Assembly (NCBI GenBank): GCA_043228905.1
Contig: JBHGNT010000004.1
Location: forward strand, 8,928,001-8,992,000
Reading direction: 5' to 3'
DNA: 64,000 nt
From: Azolla caroliniana
Lineage: Eukaryota > Plantae > Polypodiophyta
Within the stretch, counting starts at the first letter, position 1. Every line of letters begins with the position of its first letter. A model generated the notes under the pieces. That model had not been told where the DNA came from. It was given only the letters and a program-made list of their open reading frames with translations, and made no database searches. Positions 12,701 to 23,200 of this stretch are shown in pieces. The position numbers were made by a program, and so were the translations under genes.

Positions 12701-13222
12701 AAACATTCGCTCCTCTTCAGGGAGAAGGAAATCCTCCTTTCCAACTCGTAGCTTCCCCTTCGTCTCTTTGGTGAAGTCATGACCTATCTTCTTCGGATCT
12801 CTTAAGCTTGGATTGTTAGCGACTTCCTTCATCTTTTGCCAGCTATCTTCCGGTAGCGGAACTGCAACTGGCTTGATCTTCTTATCCACCGTTTTATATT
12901 TCGTGTTGATGTCAGCTTCCTTCATCGAGATGCCATGACGGTATTCATCGATGATAGCGTACATGTTGACGGAGTTAACCGAAATCATGCGTTGGTTGTG
13001 AAGATAGCTCAAGTCCACGACGTCCTCGATTTCGCCGATGGTGTCGTTAAATGAGGCTTCTTCCATAATATGAGTCACGAACTCTCCTTCTTCTATTATA
13101 TTCTCTTCTTTCAGCATCTTCTCGAATTCTTGTATCCGGTGCTTGTGCTTCTTGTCAGGTAGTACTAGTTTACATGCGCCACTAGGTGTGACACATGTTG
13201 CTTCTCCTTGCAATCCACGCAC
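9692..13222 (-). CDS. pol: gypsy-D Pol (RT-RNase H-integrase), 1176 aa open frame, probably entered by -1 frameshift at 13297; the C-terminal run into the LTR is likely a late frameshift
   Basis: RT LPQG...PFLDD; RNase H DTSPTGIG...ADMLSR; integrase HHCC (FHESAWAGH...CETC), D,D(35)E core and WFGPY (GPY/F) motif. Confidence 0.95.
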   Translation of the reverse strand: MRGLQGEATCVTPSGACKLVLPDKKHKHRIQEFEKMLKEENIIEEGEFVTHIMEEASFNDTIGEIEDVVDLSYLHNQRMISVNSVNMYAIIDEYRHGISMKEADINTKYKTVDKKIKPVAVPLPEDSWQKMKEVANNPSLRDPKKIGHDFTKETKGKLRVGKEDFLLPEEERMFRDMLERHGKAFAFFPREIVCADPKVIEPMVIFTVPHVPWNLKPIPVPRAHLPKLIELLKEKVSMGILELSNAPYCNRWFTVPKKNGSLRFIQDLQPINKVTIRNAGIGPSVDEFAEAFAGRSIYSIGDLYSGYDQFQLAIDNRDITTMRTLIGLVRMCTLPQGATNSVAHMVNAMNKVLKDCIPDITMPFLDDIPIKGCSDEEKDESNDKEGCRKFVADHMKDCEKVLQRLKDANLTFSGEKSAFGQPEILVVGHLCGAYSRKPSPSKVNAIQDMKEECENQTEVRRFLGACAFYHIWIPHYAHVAEPLYGLLKKRIKFEWRDEHTEAMRRLKKLLLEAPTLRKADYAEGKPIYVTVDTSPTGIGWVINQEGEDNVRYTVRFGAKVLSERQQRYAQVKQELWGIVSAVKTDKDYLIGSEVIIEIDCLPILGMVSGCATPDLAMLRWIAYIKSLNPEIRHIAGKKNAMADMLSRARFSNGSNMVSEDEDVALDFFKMAQLSAEDQDTQNLHAFNKNEYEGEWLLIGRFLRTLTTDASLTKEEALRIRKKAYRYFLKGGFLWRHPKRRTGIPRRVVVKKEEQETLMTEFHESAWAGHRGTWATFEKLKEKYWWPSMYKDVLHFVSTCETCQIYSNICHRDELKPTYPLTIHFKWMVDLVSMPMGVGQMKYLALAREDLTNQVEGQALTNKTTSAVCKFLLEDVVCRYGCVGKIVADRGELDAHEATELFERLGVKLSLRTAYNPEANGKIERGHEPIVKAIVRACNGRVGNWPRLLPYALWADRTTHSSVTGYMPTELMYGQKPIMPIERTIASWVAIPWENEMSREELLAARIRQLERRPEDLEKARKMMKAARVKNKVRFDNTHRLRPKKIEEGDWVLVYDNTLDNQHSTTRKFARRWFGPYVVTSANNNATYHLAELDGSRLAVPIAGKRVKLFKKNKTRILTSITSTMNIIGRMKMKTWRNLIDHRSRNLTSSLLGTYRRTCGLVGVDIVKIFGNSVKIP
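9732..9745 (-). promoter_or_regulatory. Polypurine tract of gypsy-D
   Basis: TTGGTGGGGGTGGA immediately precedes the 3' LTR on the minus strand. Confidence 0.8.
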
Positions 13223-13234
13223 TCTTCTTTCTTG

Positions 13235-13297
13235 TGGGGTCTTGTGATTGCTCGGACTATTTGTGCCCCATGCTTCAATAGTCCGCTCTAAAAATCC
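13235..13297 (-). promoter_or_regulatory. Putative -1 ribosomal frameshift signal (G_GAT_TTT plus H-type pseudoknot), gypsy-D
   Basis: Heptamer 13291-13297 followed by TAG. The -1 frame is open into pol. Stem 1 CGGACTATT/AATAGTCCG; stem 2 TGGGG/CCCCA. Confidence 0.8.
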
Positions 13298-15492
13298 GAG
13301 GATTCGCCTCCGAGACTATCTCGATTCCTTTCATGATTGGCTCGCACCGTTAGGAATTGGACCGATCTTTGGTTGTCAAGACTCTTTATTCGTGCGAAGG
13401 TTGCTCCATTATCGAACACTTTGGTCTCCATCCGAGATGATGTGATATAAGGTTGCCCTAGGATGACAGGATGCGACGCCGATTCTTGTACGAAGAAGTG
13501 TTGATCCATCTCCACATCCCCGATCGTGACTTTGATATTGGGACAAGCTCCGTACAAGTCCTCCGTAGACTTTGTTGCCGCGCGAATCTTCCATCCGTGG
13601 TTTGTATTAATTGGCCATCTTCCTTTTTTGTAGAAGTTAGTTGACATGAGGTTGATCTCCGAGCCGTGGTCGATCAAGGCTACGACGGTCTCTTTCTTCT
13701 CCCCGATCTTCACCGGCATCTCCGTTGTCGCTCGTGCCCAATGAGGTCGAGTGTAGTGGCTGTCCACCATATCTTCATCGATTTCGTCTCTTGCCATCGT
13801 TATGGCATTCCTTTTTGCTTTTTGCGGCTTCTCTTCTTCCTCGTCCGATTGTTGTCTCTTTCTCTTTACAAGGTCCACGATCGTGTCATGGAACTCTTTC
13901 TTCGTAATGCCAAGCAATTCCCTCAAGGACAAAGTTATGTGGCTATCAAGAACTCGTTCTTCGAGAATCTTCTTTAGGTCCGTCGTCTACTCTATGTCCG
14001 ACCTTAGCTTATAGGTAGGTATAGTCCTTGTCCTCCGAGCGGGGTCTTTGACACCAACCTTCACGGGCCGAACCGTTTCTTCAACTCATATGCTCGGCTC
14101 CCCTTTTCGGCTTGATTCTCGTTCCTCCGTTTGTAAAGGTCGACTCGTCTCCGCATCGTCCTTCTTTTTCGCGTACCTTGTTTCATGTCTTTTTGATGGC
14201 CCTTGCTCTTCTATTCTCTTTCTCTTTTCTTCGACGAACACCTCGTGGTTGTCGCACATCACCTCTGCGAGTATGGTGTTGTCGTCCACCGGATCTGACC
14301 ACCCGGTTATGCTTTGCACGCTTCGGTCCGCAAGCTCTACCTCGTTCGATGTGATTTTTCCCTTCTTCTCATATTCGAGAACGGAAGTCCAAAACTTTGC
14401 TCCCGCTCTAGCAGCTTCAGTCTTGTCTTTCCCGACTCTTATTCCGGCCGACGCAGCATAGTGCATAGCATCCACATGAGTCGCATCGGCATCCTCCATA
14501 GATCTCTTCATTCCTCCTCTTCCGAAACTCACCCGTAGGGGTCTTCTAGTCTCGCTTGAGCAAATCATGTTGTCCTCTATGTATACGATATTTTGTCGAA
14601 TCGCCTCTCAAAGGCTCGCACAATCCCTTCTCATGTGGTCCATGCTATCGCACCACACGCATCTAAAGGGTTCTTTTCCTTTAGGGCCCCGACGATTCAT
14701 GTTGGCTAGAGTGACCTTCTCGAACTTCTTCGCTAGCTCTTCAATGATGTCGTCATCAATCTTCTTTTCTTCCACGTTACTTTGTCTTGGCGGCTCAGCT
14801 ACTTTCGGCGGTCTTGCTTTCTCCGTGGTAGTCGGTCCCGTCAAGTCGGTGTCATCAACCCATTGGCGACGCTTGTCGAGCCTATTGCATGCCCGCTTCA
14901 CCGCAATCCAGTCCGCTACGAGCCCATTTGCTTGGGTATCATCTTCGAGAAGAGTCCCCAACTCCCGTCTATCCTTTATGTCCACGGCCTTCAAGAAGTA
15001 CAAAGTCTTGTCCTCTTCAAGCAACACTTGGTCCGTATTGGGGAGACGACTAAACATCTGGTCGAATTCGTCGTACACCCTGGAGACGCTCATCTTCTTA
15101 TTCTTCTTCTCTATCCACTTCATCAGGGCATGTCTAGTTATCCTCGTTGAGTCTTCAGTCACGAACTCCGCTAGCATCGTTTTCTCGAACTCGGACCATG
15201 TTGTCTTACCTTCTTGAAGCTCGATGACGCGTCTTTGGATGTTGTTGGCGACAACTCTCTTGAAGCTTGCGATTTGATGTGCCTCGGACACGTCCCTTTG
15301 ATTCATCTCCCTCTTATATGCATCAAGGAACTTCGTAACGTTCCTTCCATCGAATTGGCCCTCGAGCTCTACGACACGATCGACAACCTTCTCCACGCTC
15401 GCGTCGTTGTCCTGAGATCTCATCATTTGGTCGACGATTAGCATCATCCTTTCGAGCTCTCCTGCTTGGTTGCTTGAGGACGCCATCTCCAA
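13288..15492 (-). pseudogene. gag: gypsy-D gag-protease with a few disabling mutations
   Basis: ORFs 14608-15492 (CVWCDSMDHMRRDC), 14086-14568 and 13288-13932 (LIDHGSEIN...ILGQPY), separated by single stops or a frameshift. Confidence 0.9.
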
Positions 15493-15527
15493 GTATTAAT
15501 CTCGACTTGATCGTTCCTACCGCCTCT

Positions 15528-15545
15528 TTCACGTCGGGTTCACCA
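15528..15545 (-). promoter_or_regulatory. Primer-binding site, tRNA-Trp type
   Basis: TGGTGAACCCGACGTGAA, 8 nt from the 5' LTR. Complementary to the recalled 3' end of plant tRNA-Trp (TTCACGTCGGGTTCA-CCA). Confidence 0.85.
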
Positions 15546-15553
15546 CTTAATTA

Positions 15554-16575
15554 TGTCGTGAAGATCCGTCACTACGCGCGGATCGTGAGGCGGAACCGCC
15601 AGGGTTCTGGACCAGAAGGATTTAGAGTCGATACAAGCTTTGGCGAGAAAGTACTTAAGATAGATTGTGAAAGAGAGAAGTTGAGATTACACGATCAATT
15701 TGATAACGAATTTCTTCCTCTTAATTTTCATAAAAAAAACCGTGTTTTTTCTCCTCCCCCTTCCCTCTTTTATAGATGCTCTCATGCATATGATGCATGT
15801 GAGGGTACAAGACATGCATTAATTGCATGTTTGCCATTTGGCGCTTAAGTATTACATGTGGTGCATGCTAACCATGTCACTCATTTTAGCTCTCATGTAT
15901 GAGAATTTACATGTAAAAGTACAATGATAGAAATATAATTTCAACTAAATACCATGGCTTAATGGTAAGCCAATTGACTCCTAACTTGGAGGTGGAAGGT
16001 TCGAATCCATACTTGCCCTCCTTGTATATGTAAATATGTATATATATTTATATATTTATTTATCTAGTCGCAGGACGCCGGTTCGCCGGATGCCGTCGGA
16101 CGTCGGATACCGGTGCCGCCGCCGGATGCCGTTGGTTACCGGTGCCGGTGCCGGATGCCACCGTCGGATGCCGTCGGATCACCGGCTCCATCGCCGGTCC
16201 GGTTTTGGTTGGCCAAAACCCTTTACGAGTAGCTAGCCACCTCCACTCTTAGTTCAAGTTACCTTGAACTCTCTATGCTCCACACATAGACACAAAGATA
16301 ATATCTTTTGCTCCACCTTATATATGATGAGAGCCGTATTTGTCGTGCCTATGTGGGATATCTCACAATTTTCTCTTTTCTTTTCACAAACTTTATACCC
16401 TCATATCTTGACATTTAGTTGTCCATTTCTCGTGTAATAAAGTGCATTCGAAACCTCCATCATTTGTACGTAGATATTAAAAATGTTATCTTCACAATTA
16501 TTGTATTACGTGATTCATACTCGATATCGTACGTTTTATGGGATTTTCACACTATTGCCGAAAATCTTCACGACA
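15554..16575 (-). repeat. gypsy-D 5' LTR (1022 bp); box A 15955-15965 and box B 15998-16008 on the + strand
   Basis: Direct repeat of 8748-9731, about 38 bp longer owing to extra GC-rich CCGGATGCCG-type repeats. Confidence 0.95.
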
Positions 16576-17608
16576 CCGGAAAGCTTCGAAGAAGCGAAGG
16601 ATGACACCCATAGCCGCAAGTGGTTGAGTGCCATGCAGGACGAGATGGATTCCCTGCATGAGAACCACACATATGAATTGGTGGAGTTGCCAAAAGGAAA
16701 GAGGGCACTCCCAAACAAGTGGGTGTACAAGTTGAAACCGGGAGATGTCGGCAACCCTCCAAGTTACAAAGCCAAGATCGTGGTGAAGGGGTTGTAGTAG
16801 AAGAAGGGCGTGGACTTCGACGAGATATTTGCACCGGTAGTAAAGATGACTTCCATCCAGACGGTGCTGAGCATAGCGGCAAGCATGGACCTCGAGGTAG
16901 AGTAGTTAGACGTGAAGACGGCGTTCCTCCACGGACACCTCGAAGAGGAGATCTACATGCAACAACCGGAGGGATTTGTGAAGAAAGGGAAAGAGCACCT
17001 GGATTGCCGGTTAAAAAAGAGCCTCTACGGGTTGAAGCAGGCTCCCCCCGGAAATGGTACCGGAAGTTCGACTCCTTCATGAACGATTAAGGGTACCACA
17101 AGACGCAGGCCGATCGCTGCGTATTTGTGAAGAAGTTCGAAGGTGGAGACTTCCTAATACTCCTCTTGTACGTGGACGACATGTTGATCGTCGGACGAGA
17201 CCAAGTCAAGATACGGATGTTGAAGAAGGCCCTGAACTAGACCTTCTCAATGAAAGACTTGGGTCCGGCAAGACAGATGTTGGGGATGCATATCATCCGG
17301 GACCGGCCAATGAAGGAATTGTGGCTGTCACAGGAGAAGTATGTGACAAAGGTGCTTCAACGATTCAACATGTCCGGAATGAGGAGCACTGGAATGTGGT
17401 AAAATGGATACTCCGATACTTGAAAGGCACCTCAAGTATGTGTCTCCGATTCGGCTCTGGTAAACCCCAACATGACGGTTTCACCGATTCGGATATGTCG
17501 ACTGATGCGGATACCAGCCGGTCAACATCCGGATATGTCATGACATATGCGGGAGGAGCTATTTCGTGGCAATCGAGGCTGCAGAAGACGGTTGCGTTGT
17601 CAACCACG

Positions 17609-18527
17609 TAATGGACATGTCCCTTTGTTGAATGTTGTTCAACTCTTGGCAGAGTTGAAGCCTTCTTGCGGTTGTGTTCGCCGCGAAAATCTTTCGTAGA
17701 TTTTCCCATGCCTCCTTCAGCGTCTTGGCTTTGCGAATGTAGCCGAGCATGTGATTGTGAACACATGTCGCCAAGCAATACATCATGCGGCTTGCGGCTT
17801 GCTCCCATGTCGCGTATCCGGGAGCCACTTCGGCAGGTCGGTCTTCATGCGCCCTTTTGATGTAGCTCCAATAGCCTTGTACAACAAGGTATTGGTGCAT
17901 CTTGTACTCCCAAGATGCGAAGTTGTTTCGATCCAACTTCTCGGTAGGGAGAGCGCTCCCCATTTGAGTATTCATTATGTCGATTCTTCTTCTTCTTCTT
18001 CTCTCTTCGAATGCGAGCTATGTAGCGAAGCTACAATAGCGATGAGCCGGTTCTTGGTCGTCGGCGTGGAGCACAACACACAATCACGATGAGGCGAATG
18101 GGATAGATCGAGCTACCAAATCGCTCTGGTACCATGTAAAGAATCGGGTGTGATTCTTGTGTAGCGGAGTAGATGTGAACTGTGTGTGTGTATGAGAGAG
18201 AGAGAGAGAGTGAGAGAGAGACAAGGAATAAGACCCAAAGTATACGCAAGTTAAAAGTATATTAACAAAGGAGAAAGACACAACACTATACAAGGTGGGA
18301 GGAGGGTGCTTTATATAGTCACCCTCTCTCTTCATTAACTACAAGATTCATGGAGCATGGGTAATGTGAAAGCTCATAAGTTATGTGTCATAGAATATGA
18401 TTCTATGACTCATACTAAATGCTAGAATACAAAGAGGTGACATAATGGTGACTCTTGACCGTTGGAGTGTCTATTCACTCTCAAGGTGAGTTCACACACT
18501 AGACCAAGTTGAGCTTGATTCTCAACA
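17609..18527 (-). mobile_element. copia-E 5' fragment (LTR 18135-18527, PBS 18123-18134, gag N-terminus)
   Basis: PBS TGGTACCAGAGC; gag MGSALPTEKLDRNNFASW; LTR terminus GTTGAGCTTG...CTCAACA shared with other copia-E copies. Confidence 0.88.
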
Positions 18528-20268
18528 ATATTGGCAGTTTGCCAATCCGTGTTAATGTATCGAAGTTCAACTTCACTGTTGTCCAGAGGACAGAAATGTA
18601 AAATTAGGAAATTAGCAAACGCCGAGTCCGAGTATCATGGGCCACCGACGGCTCGGCTGTGTATTAGGGGAAAAGTTATTTAAACGAGGACCAGTACCTC
18701 AGAGAGGGGAGAAGAATAATATAGGCGGAAGCACTAGCTTAGTCCCTCGTAACTAGATAAACTTGTAAGGTCATTGGCCATAGGCCGTGTTCTGTAATCT
18801 TTTCTGTCATATTAATAGATCTGATTTGTGCCCATTTTGCTCCATGAGTCTGTGCTTTGATCCATACCTATAAGTTCAACGCCGCCCACTTTTATCAAGA
18901 CCTCGCTAGTGTTTTCTCTCTGATCCATGTCTCTCTCTCGACGCCTCTGTTACGAGCCTTCACGTACCACGCCCTTGAATACCGATAGCCGCAGATCTAT
19001 CGAAGGTGTTCACCCAAAGGAATGGGTAACACAATTTGGCACGCCCGGTTACAGCTGTGAGTGCACAACGAACTTCGTTGAAGGTAACCACCAGCCGCCG
19101 TGACGGCGCCCTCTCGCACCACGAGGTCTCCGCCACCCGCCCAACGCCCTGAGCTAGTCGAAGGAACTTCCGACTCGGCGGTCACTGACCAATCCTTTGC
19201 CGATCAATCGGAGGCTTGTCCAGTGCAATCCTTGCCACCGGACACTCGATCGCGAGTTGATTCACCACCAAAACCCCGGTCGAGCCCTCCGGAGGTCAAC
19301 CAACCAGAACTAAACCCTTTTCTGGTGCTACCAGAAGACCCACAGTACGACATCATGTCGTACCCATACCCACAATACACCGACAAACCAAACGCGGAGT
19401 CACACGTCCGTGCCTTCATATCCACGTGGCAGGCTAACCACTCCACGCACCGCCTCAAGCCGGCCGAAATCGATGCCTCGAAGATTGCCGAGTTCACACT
19501 CTCCCTCGATGGACCGGCCGCACGATGGTACTCTCGCCTCGAAATAGGAGAGGCCACCACTTTCCAAATCGTGCGCACAAAGTTCCTTGAACTTTTTCAT
19601 CGCGAGGTGCCTAAACGGGAACTGCTCCGGCAATTCTTCTCTATATGCCAGGAACCGCACGAAACGGTTGCGCAGTTCACGATCCGGTTCCAGGATCTCT
19701 ACAGACAAGTGGCCGATGATGTCTCGGCACAACATATACCGAACACTTTCCTATCCAGTTTACGAGAGTCTCTACGAACGACTCTCGCACTTACAAATTT
19801 CACCAACCATACTATCGAACAAGTCATAGCACGCATTCTCGCCCTCAATCGGAACCAGCACGACGCGGCCTTCTCGATGACATCCTTGCAAAACGCTCTT
19901 CCCCAAGAGGACAATCGCTTTCGCCAAGCCCTCCAATGCACGACATGTTCAGGATCAGGGCACCTGGCCCTCGAATATCCCCACCGACCACAGTGTCCAA
20001 TCTGTCAGTCTCGAGCTCACACGGTCGAGCAGTGCGAATATAATATGCTGAACCGCACAACGGCGGCACCGGTCCGCCAGATCGAGCCACGAAATACATA
20101 CTCTCGGCAGGACGAGCGATATATCTACCGAGACTAGGATAACGACCAACCGCGATCCCCGGATCGACGGCGCCGAGACGACGACTACCGACGTGATAAC
20201 CATTGTGATCATTATCGCGATGACCGGCACGACGATTATGCTCGATATGATGACCGGCACTACCGAAG
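18528..20268 (+). mobile_element. gypsy-C 5' fragment (partial LTR to 19031, PBS 19037-19049, gag)
   Basis: LTR end GGGTAACA; PBS TGGCACGCCCGGT (tRNA-Arg type); gag follows. Confidence 0.85.
19100..20137 (+). CDS. gag: gypsy-C Gag (retrotransposon gag domain plus tandem zinc knuckles), truncated
   Basis: AARWY...FLELF...[14 protein letters not shown]; CTTCSGSGH...[14 protein letters not shown]. Homologous to 40535-41007 plus 44501-44746. Confidence 0.85.
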   Translation: MTAPSRTTRSPPPAQRPELVEGTSDSAVTDQSFADQSEACPVQSLPPDTRSRVDSPPKPRSSPPEVNQPELNPFLVLPEDPQYDIMSYPYPQYTDKPNAESHVRAFISTWQANHSTHRLKPAEIDASKIAEFTLSLDGPAARWYSRLEIGEATTFQIVRTKFLELFHREVPKRELLRQFFSICQEPHETVAQFTIRFQDLYRQVADDVSAQHIPNTFLSSLRESLRTTLALTNFTNHTIEQVIARILALNRNQHDAAFSMTSLQNALPQEDNRFRQALQCTTCSGSGHLALEYPHRPQCPICQSRAHTVEQCEYNMLNRTTAAPVRQIEPRNTYSRQDERYIYRD

Positions 20269-23200
20269 GAACTCAGGACCCGCTCACGCACAAAGTGATA
20301 ATGCACTTCTATGTGTTTTGTCCGAGCATGGAATATGGGATTCTTGGTGAGTTGTATGCTAGTTACGTTGTCACAGTAGATCAGGATCAGGGTAGGCACC
20401 TCGATCCGGAGGTCTCATAGCAGTTGCCGAAGCCAAAGGGCTTCACATGTGGCAATGGTAGCACCTCGGTATTCAGCCTCAGTGCTCGATAGAGCCACTG
20501 TTGGCTGCTTTTTGCTGCTCCACGCAGCAGTCACACTACTAAGAGAAAACATGTAACCGGAGGTGGATCAGCGACCTGATGCATCACCAACAATGCATTC
20601 TTCACGTCCATTTGGTGAAGATGTCATCCCCTTGTAGTAGCAACAACTAGTACCACACGGACTGTCGTCATCTTTGCTACCGGAGCGAAGGTCTCATCGT
20701 AGTCGATTATGTGGGTCTATGTGTATCCCTGCGCCACTAACCGGGCTTTGTACCGGTTGACGGAATCGTCTATGTTGTACTTTACCTTGTCCACCCACTT
20801 GCAACCAATCGGTTTGCACTATCGCGGTGGGTCAACCAGGTCCCATGTGTCGTTGGCATCTAGTGCCTGCATTTCTTCCTCCATAACAGCATGTCAATTT
20901 GCGTCTTTCGCTACTTCTGCGTAGCTCTCCATCTCACGCACTTCCGCCACCTTAGTCATGTACGCATAGTGATGCGCCATGTACTCATTGTACCCGTACC
21001 TCATGATGGGGTTCTTCTGGCGGGTTGACCGGCGTAACTTGTCATTACCCGGTTTGAGACCCTTCTTGGTTGCTTTGAACTTCATTTCTGAAGATCCCCC
21101 TTCTCCCTTTCTAGGATCAAACTCGCTTCGATCTGACCCTTCACTGCCGGAATCGTATTCCGACATCTTCTTCTTCCCCTTCTCTTTGCACGTGAAGCAT
21201 CTCCTCGGTTCCTTGCGTAGGGAGAGCACGGCAGAGTCTGCACTACTCGTCGGTTCTTCAACCGACTGGTCATCCCAACTCAGCCGCTCATTCGGCCCAC
21301 TTAGCCAGAATGAGATCGGACTCTCTTCTAGAGAGCCAAAGTTTTCATCTTCAACCTGGACCTCCTCGGGCTCACTAGCTTCATCTTCCGGAATCAGGTC
21401 GGAGTCGGAGGTTGGAGTCGGTAGAGAGTACCATGATGCGGACTCATCAAACTTGACATGTCGGCTTACTCGGACCTGCTTAGTCCGGGGGTTATAACAC
21501 TTATACCCCTTCTTCTCATGCGAGTAACCGACTAGGATGCACTTCTCCGACTTCGGATCTAGCTTCTTCCGCTTCTCATCCGGTACATGCACATATGCTA
21601 TGCTACCGAATATCCGAAGGTGCCTCAAATTCGTCTTGCGTCCGAAATACAACTCGTGTGCAGACACCTTGTCTCCGATCCGGTTTTGGATGTAGAAGGC
21701 CGTCCGGATCGCCTCAACCCAGTCGAATTTGGGCATGCTCTTTTCCTCCAGCATTGCCCTCGCGGCATTGACAATAGACCGATTCTTGCTTTCTGCCACT
21801 CCGTTTTGTTCCGGTGTGTACCTGCAACTGAATTCTCTCCGAATTCCCTTCTACTGTAGATAAATGTTGAATTGGCCGAAAAAGTATTCTTTTCCGCCAT
21901 CCGACCGTAGGCAGTTTATCTTCCTCTCCATTTCCCTTTCGACTAAGATTTGAAGGTTCCAGAAACAGTCGAAGACTTCGCTTTTCTTCTCGATGAGGTA
22001 GATCCACGTGTGCCGGCTGTAGTCATCAATGAAGGAGATGAAATACCGACTCCTACCAATACTATCATTTTGTGCCGGTCTCGTGAAGATTTTCGGCAAT
22101 AGTTTGAAAATCACGTGGAACGAGGAAACTCGAGAAGGTGTAATGTGCACACGTATGAAAGGAGTGATGGTTACACATGTATGTTAGCACGTTAATGTGC
22201 ACATGTGATGTGTGTTTAGGTGTTCATCACACAAGATATAAAAATAAGCCTAGGGCCTAGTGGCATACAATGAGGTGCAAGTAGGGTTTTGAACCTTACA
22301 CCTCGAGGATAGGAGGCAATTAACATACCATTAGGCTAGCTTGTTTTCTTTAAAGTTTATTTCGTCATTGTACTTTTCACATGTAAGAGCTCGTAAATAA
22401 GAGCTTGAATGAGAGACATGGTCGTCATCATGCATCACATGTGATGCATGAGCGCCAAATGGCAATCATGCATTTCATGCATTGTATGCATGTCTTACAC
22501 CCTCCATGCATCATATGCGTGGGGGCGTCTATATAAGAAGGAAAGGAAGGGAAACGAAAGCAAGCAATATATAGAATCAATAACAATAATAATAAATCGT
22601 AGTTATCTCATTGGTAATGTGTCTTGTCCCTCAATTTTGAAGTCAAAGGTTCAAACCGGGAATAGGAATTCTCATCCATATCTATCTATCTTTAATATTT
22701 TCTCGCTTGCGCTAGTCCTTCTGGTCCAGAACACTGACGGTTCCACACAAGCATCTTCGACAACAAGAACAACCTGATTGTAAACCTAGACGATGGTTGA
22801 TTCCTTACAAGCAAAAGTCACCCGATTCATCCTGCTTGGTCAAAGACCCCGGTGGTCCCGTTCGACCAACCCGCAGGCGCGGATTTCCGCGACACCGATC
22901 CCCATACATCCGAATGGATTAAGTCAATCTTGTTACAGCTCCGGTTTCGTTCGATGGGGAATGGAAGCCGGTGTTGCTTCCCGAGTAGGCAAGCTTCACA
23001 AATTTGGGCCTTTCGGCCACTGAATTTCGGCAAACCGAACACAACCTGTTTTGATTGCAGATCCTGAAGCCTCCGGTAATTGACGTGGCCGATCCTCTTG
23101 TGCCAAAGATCGATGTCTGATTCCATCTTCTATCCTTTGGCAAACATGGTGGTGTCAACGTCATTAGTGTAGAGGATGAACATCCTCCCTTGTCTACGTC

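Larger units (their letters stand above)
8748..16575 (-). mobile_element. Near-intact full-length Ty3/gypsy element (gypsy-D, tRNA-Trp primed, no chromodomain)
   Basis: Two highly similar LTRs with 12-bp terminal inverted repeat TGTCGTGAAGAT/ATCTTCACGACA, 4-bp TSD CCGG (8744-8747 and 16576-16579; the uninterrupted site GAGCCGGAAAGC is seen at ~37975), PBS, PPT, and gag-PR-RT-RH-INT order. Confidence 0.97.
6258..17608 (+). mobile_element. Ty1/copia (copia-A) element, internally deleted and 3'-truncated, interrupted by gypsy-D at 8748-16575
   Basis: LTR with GGTCCCTCCGGATGGG and 39-40 bp repeats is fused to gag at ~6600. CFYCGKPGH knuckle, WVVDSGAS protease, LWHKRLCH and LVHTDVC integrase. RT resumes at 16576; RNase H ends at ~17608. 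Confidence 0.92.
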
